Shown one piece after another: positions 33,926 through 36,630 of a stretch of DNA of 36,630 nucleotides. Made by a program: the position numbers and the translations under genes. Position 1 is the first letter of the stretch. The number at the start of each line of letters is the position of its first letter. The stretch covers positions 1 to 36,630 of the IMG/VR virus record IMGVR_UViG_3300022178_000294. One strand, given 5' to 3'. The notes below the pieces were generated by a model. The model searched no databases. It was not told the origin of the DNA and saw only the letters and a list, made by a program, of their open reading frames with translations. The stretch is from a virus (taxonomy: Duplodnaviria; Caudoviricetes).

Positions 33926-35391
33926 TGACTATCTATCATTTCTTGCATTAAACCATCACTTCCACCAAAAAGCAAATAACCAGCAATGTTATTATCACTA
34001 ATAACTGCATCAGGTATACTCACATTGGAAAAAAAATTTTCTCTATCATTCAATTCCTTTTGACTATCAAAAAAAGTCTTGGTATTGCCTAATACTTGCA
34101 TAACAATTAAGGTTTTAATTTGATTAACAGAATCATATTTCTTTTTATCACCCATAGATTTAACAATCTTTTTAGCAGCTTTCTCTTTTGATGAAGCTAC
34201 TTCTTTTTTTGGCTGTTCTTCCTTTTGTGGCTTTGTTTCTTCTTTCGGCTCTGGTTTTTTCTCTACTGTCTCAACTTTTTCTACAGTCGTATCTTCTATT
34301 TCTTCTACTTCTTCAACTGGCTTCTCATCTATTTGTACCTCTGGCTCTACTTCTGTTTCTTGTATATTGGTTTCAATAGCTTCTTCTATAGTAGCTTCAA
34401 TCTCTAATTCTAATTCTTGTATTTCAATTTCTATTTCAGCTATTTCAATTTCTACAGTATTATAATTAACATCTTCTATTTCTATGGGTTGAAAATCTAT
34501 TCCTATATCTGTTTCTACGATATCATTAGATTCAAATACATCTTCAACAACATTAATAATATCTTCAGGTGTATCTATGTTTAACGCTATAAACATTTCT
34601 ACAGAAGTAATAGATTCAGTAACAATAGTATTAATTACATTATAAAGTACATTGATAGACACATCATCAAACATTGGTCCAATCGCCATATTGATATCAC
34701 GCCCACCAATTTCGATTATAACAGTAGTTATTGATCCACTAAAATCAAAACCACTTTCATATGTTTGATAACCACTAGCAGTACCAGTAGCAGAAAGAAT
34801 ATCAGTACCTGTAAATACATTAGTGCTGCCATCTTTACCTGTAATATGCATATAGATAGAATCACTAGCATCTTGTTTATCTACTTTAATAGAATAATTA
34901 GTACGCCCACCATATTTAATATTAAGATTAGATACATTAACTGTATTTACAAACGTAGTTCCCATACCACTTACGCCATTAGCACTTACACTATTGCCTG
35001 ATCCAGTAATCATAGCACATTTATCTGTGCCTAACTGACCACATGAATTACCACTAGGCATAGTTGCAGGCCCTTGACCACCCCAGTCTGAATCCATATC
35101 ACCTTCTTTAGAAGAAGATACATAACCATTATCACCATCAAGAATATCTCCTGAATCTTCATTAGTAACTGTAGTTGTAGTAGTTGTAGTTTCGGTAGTA
35201 GTAGTAATAGTAATACCATCAGCTTCATGCTGTGTAGTTTCTGTTATTACCTCATCTATTATTTCTTCTACTGTTGGACTACATAATCCAATAGTATCAG
35301 TAGAACAATCTACTGCTTTACTAGAAGAGGATAGGGAAACCGATATACATAGCCATAGCAGCAATAATAAATTTTGCGAACTCTTTATCAC
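33913..35391 (-). CDS. Exported protein: signal peptide, beta domain, acidic linker (492 aa)
   Basis: Probable GTG start at 35391 after AAAGG, giving MIKSSQNLLLLLWLCISVSLSSSSKA-VDC. Thr-run, Cys pairs and E/K-rich linker. Confidence 0.7.
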   Translation of the reverse strand: MIKSSQNLLLLLWLCISVSLSSSSKAVDCSTDTIGLCSPTVEEIIDEVITETTQHEADGITITTTTETTTTTTTVTNEDSGDILDGDNGYVSSSKEGDMDSDWGGQGPATMPSGNSCGQLGTDKCAMITGSGNSVSANGVSGMGTTFVNTVNVSNLNIKYGGRTNYSIKVDKQDASDSIYMHITGKDGSTNVFTGTDILSATGTASGYQTYESGFDFSGSITTVIIEIGGRDINMAIGPMFDDVSINVLYNVINTIVTESITSVEMFIALNIDTPEDIINVVEDVFESNDIVETDIGIDFQPIEIEDVNYNTVEIEIAEIEIEIQELELEIEATIEEAIETNIQETEVEPEVQIDEKPVEEVEEIEDTTVEKVETVEKKPEPKEETKPQKEEQPKKEVASSKEKAAKKIVKSMGDKKKYDSVNQIKTLIVMQVLGNTKTFFDSQKELNDRENFFSNVSIPDAVISDNNIAGYLLFGGSDGLMQEMIDSQWQK

Positions 35392-35854
35392 TATCAACCT
35401 TTTCTTTAGTTTGTTTAATGTCAGTATTAAATATAGTGCTGCCAGGTGGTACATCTGTTGGGTTAGATTCCCAACCTTGTTTAGCTTCTTCACCAATACT
35501 TCCTCTATAAGGACAGTAAGTACCAGCGTTCCACATTGCATCAAAAGTACGAGGATCACTACACAATAAACTTACTGCAGCTACTTTCATACCCATAGCA
35601 TATAGAGATCTAGATAATTTTATTTTCTCACAATTTTCATCAGTGATTGTAATTCCTGAAGCAAATCCTAATACCTGTGTTTGAATACTAGCCGAAGCTG
35701 CTGTCTTACATACATCAGAATTATTTACTACAACACTAGGAGCATTAGCTGTAGGTGGTGTAGAATTAGTTACTACTGTAGAACTAACAGTATTTGTATC
35801 AGCAGAATATACTGAGCTAGATAAAAATATTAAAACGATTACTATGCGCCACAT
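35321..35854 (-). CDS. Exported, C-terminally anchored Cys-containing protein
   Basis: Signal peptide ending VYS-A, 4 Cys, C-terminal TM FIIAAMAMYIGFPILF. Confidence 0.75.
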   Translation of the reverse strand: MWRIVIVLIFLSSSVYSADTNTVSSTVVTNSTPPTANAPSVVVNNSDVCKTAASASIQTQVLGFASGITITDENCEKIKLSRSLYAMGMKVAAVSLLCSDPRTFDAMWNAGTYCPYRGSIGEEAKQGWESNPTDVPPGSTIFNTDIKQTKEKVDSDKEFAKFIIAAMAMYIGFPILF

Positions 35855-35874
35855 GATTCACATTCATCAGGACA
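35776..35874. repeat. Terminal direct repeat, copy 2
   Basis: Identical to 4..102. Confidence 0.95.
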
Positions 35875-35925
35875 CTTACAATCTGCTTTACTTTCAGCAC
35901 CACAATCAGGACAAGGATTAATCAT
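35842..35925 (-). CDS. Cys-rich micropeptide, 27 aa (metallothionein-like)
   Basis: MINPCPDCGAESKADCKCPDECESCGA*. Start overlaps the upstream stop and its stop overlaps the downstream start. Confidence 0.7.
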   Translation of the reverse strand: MINPCPDCGAESKADCKCPDECESCGA

Positions 35926-36160
35926 ATGCCGCATCCCATGCGTCTTGTAATTCTTTTAATTTAGCATTTACTGCTGACTCAGTTGGCAATTCTGTTACAG
36001 TGTTGTCTACAATATTACCATTAACACCTATTTTTTCAGCAAGTTTTAAATTTGCATAAATTTTATTTTTACTATCTTTCCATGCATACCAACCACCTTT
36101 GTGCATTACTGCTAAAGCATCTTGTATATGATTTGGTCTACCTGTTGTTAAATCTACCAT
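35918..36160 (-). CDS. Small fibre-associated (chaperone-like) protein
   Basis: C-terminal PTE..VNAKL.ELQ..WD motif, following a fibre-tip gene. Confidence 0.55.
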   Translation of the reverse strand: MVDLTTGRPNHIQDALAVMHKGGWYAWKDSKNKIYANLKLAEKIGVNGNIVDNTVTELPTESAVNAKLKELQDAWDAAYD

Positions 36161-36161
36161 T

Positions 36162-36630
36162 TTATGTATCTCCTAATCTTGTAAATTTAAAATAAGTTAA
36201 AGTAGCACCTGTTTCACCATATAAACGTGCATCATCATTTACAACTGCCCATGTAAATTTTACTTTGTGTGTTGTAACATTTGTTACATCAAAAATTAAA
36301 GTTGCTGTAGCATTTGCAGAAGTATTACTACTAGAAGCGTGAAATTGTGAGGTAGTTGACTTTGCTCTATCTGTATATGATGAATTGTCTGTTGTTGCTT
36401 GTATATGTGCGGCACCATCTCTGTTTTCACCATCAATATAAGAATAAGCATTAAATACAATTTCGTATATTCCTGTTGATGGAAAAGTAAATATGCCAGA
36501 AGATTCAGACATTCCTGTTCCTATTTTATCAAAAACAGTATCAACTCTTTCTAGGTTAGATGCTATTGGGTCTAAATCTCCAGTTGTATTAGCAGTATAT
36601 CTCCACATATCACACTCAGTAATTCCATTA
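36162..36630 (-). CDS. Tail-fibre tip / C1q-like protein, 5'-truncated by window edge
   Basis: Frame is open to the edge (NGITECDMWR...). Paralog of 190..699 sharing ERVDT, IGTGMS.SSG.F.FPSTGIY, IFDVTN.TTHKVKF and RLGDT. Confidence 0.75.
   Translation of the reverse strand, partial: NGITECDMWRYTANTTGDLDPIASNLERVDTVFDKIGTGMSESSGIFTFPSTGIYEIVFNAYSYIDGENRDGAAHIQATTDNSSYTDRAKSTTSQFHASSSNTSANATATLIFDVTNVTTHKVKFTWAVVNDDARLYGETGATLTYFKFTRLGDT

Noticed and set aside
27927-35228. Opposite-strand or off-frame ORFs 27927..28127, 28493..28681, 28777..29013, 30902..31132, 31724..31921, 33399..33809, 34188..34407, 34765..35001, 35031..35228
   Set aside because: They overlap stronger genes, and their hydrophobicity is a by-product of Glu/Lys/Thr-rich codons read in other frames.
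35392-35559. N-terminal 56 aa of the 548-aa ORF call (and similar extended starts at 10075, 25455, 26902, 29844, 30405, 33193)
   Set aside because: They mostly overlap upstream genes or structured elements and lack SDs. Downstream starts have SDs or translational coupling and give sensible N-termini.
1-36630. Stop-codon reassignment (alternative genetic code)
   Set aside because: Core genes are full length under the standard bacterial code, and TAA, TAG and TGA all serve as genuine stops.

Overview
The window is an essentially complete (~35.8 kb unit), AT-rich podovirus genome with no integrase, resembling uncultured marine alphaproteobacterial (pelagiphage-like) phages; the host is inferred, not shown. 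The minus strand from 25056 down to 1 carries TerS, several small basic proteins, a Holliday-junction resolvase, TerL, portal, scaffold, major capsid, tail tube A/B, internal virion proteins (one with a lysozyme domain), a repeat-containing tail fibre and a cassette of short paralogous fibre-tip and chaperone genes. The same arm continues at 36630 down to 31666 with exported/membrane proteins, a metallophosphoesterase and holin-like genes. The plus strand (25247..31449) carries early/DNA-metabolism genes: DUF3768, an XRE HTH, DUF3310, a YqaJ exonuclease, a Rad52/Sak-like annealing protein and SSB. No DNA polymerase, primase, helicase or RNA polymerase is recognisable. The most notable observations are: (1) the two ends share 99 identical bp and then carry different alleles of the fibre-tip cassette; (2) unannotated Cys-rich, metallothionein-like micropeptides are translationally coupled to a three-gene exported/envelope module; (3) a clean H-type RNA pseudoknot lies between the annealing-protein gene and the genes leading to ssb; (4) there is a triple motif in the capsid leader and an in-frame amber junction between capsid and the next gene; (5) a palindromic direct repeat precedes both divergent transcription units. 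All protein family calls come from motif recognition by eye, not from database searches.
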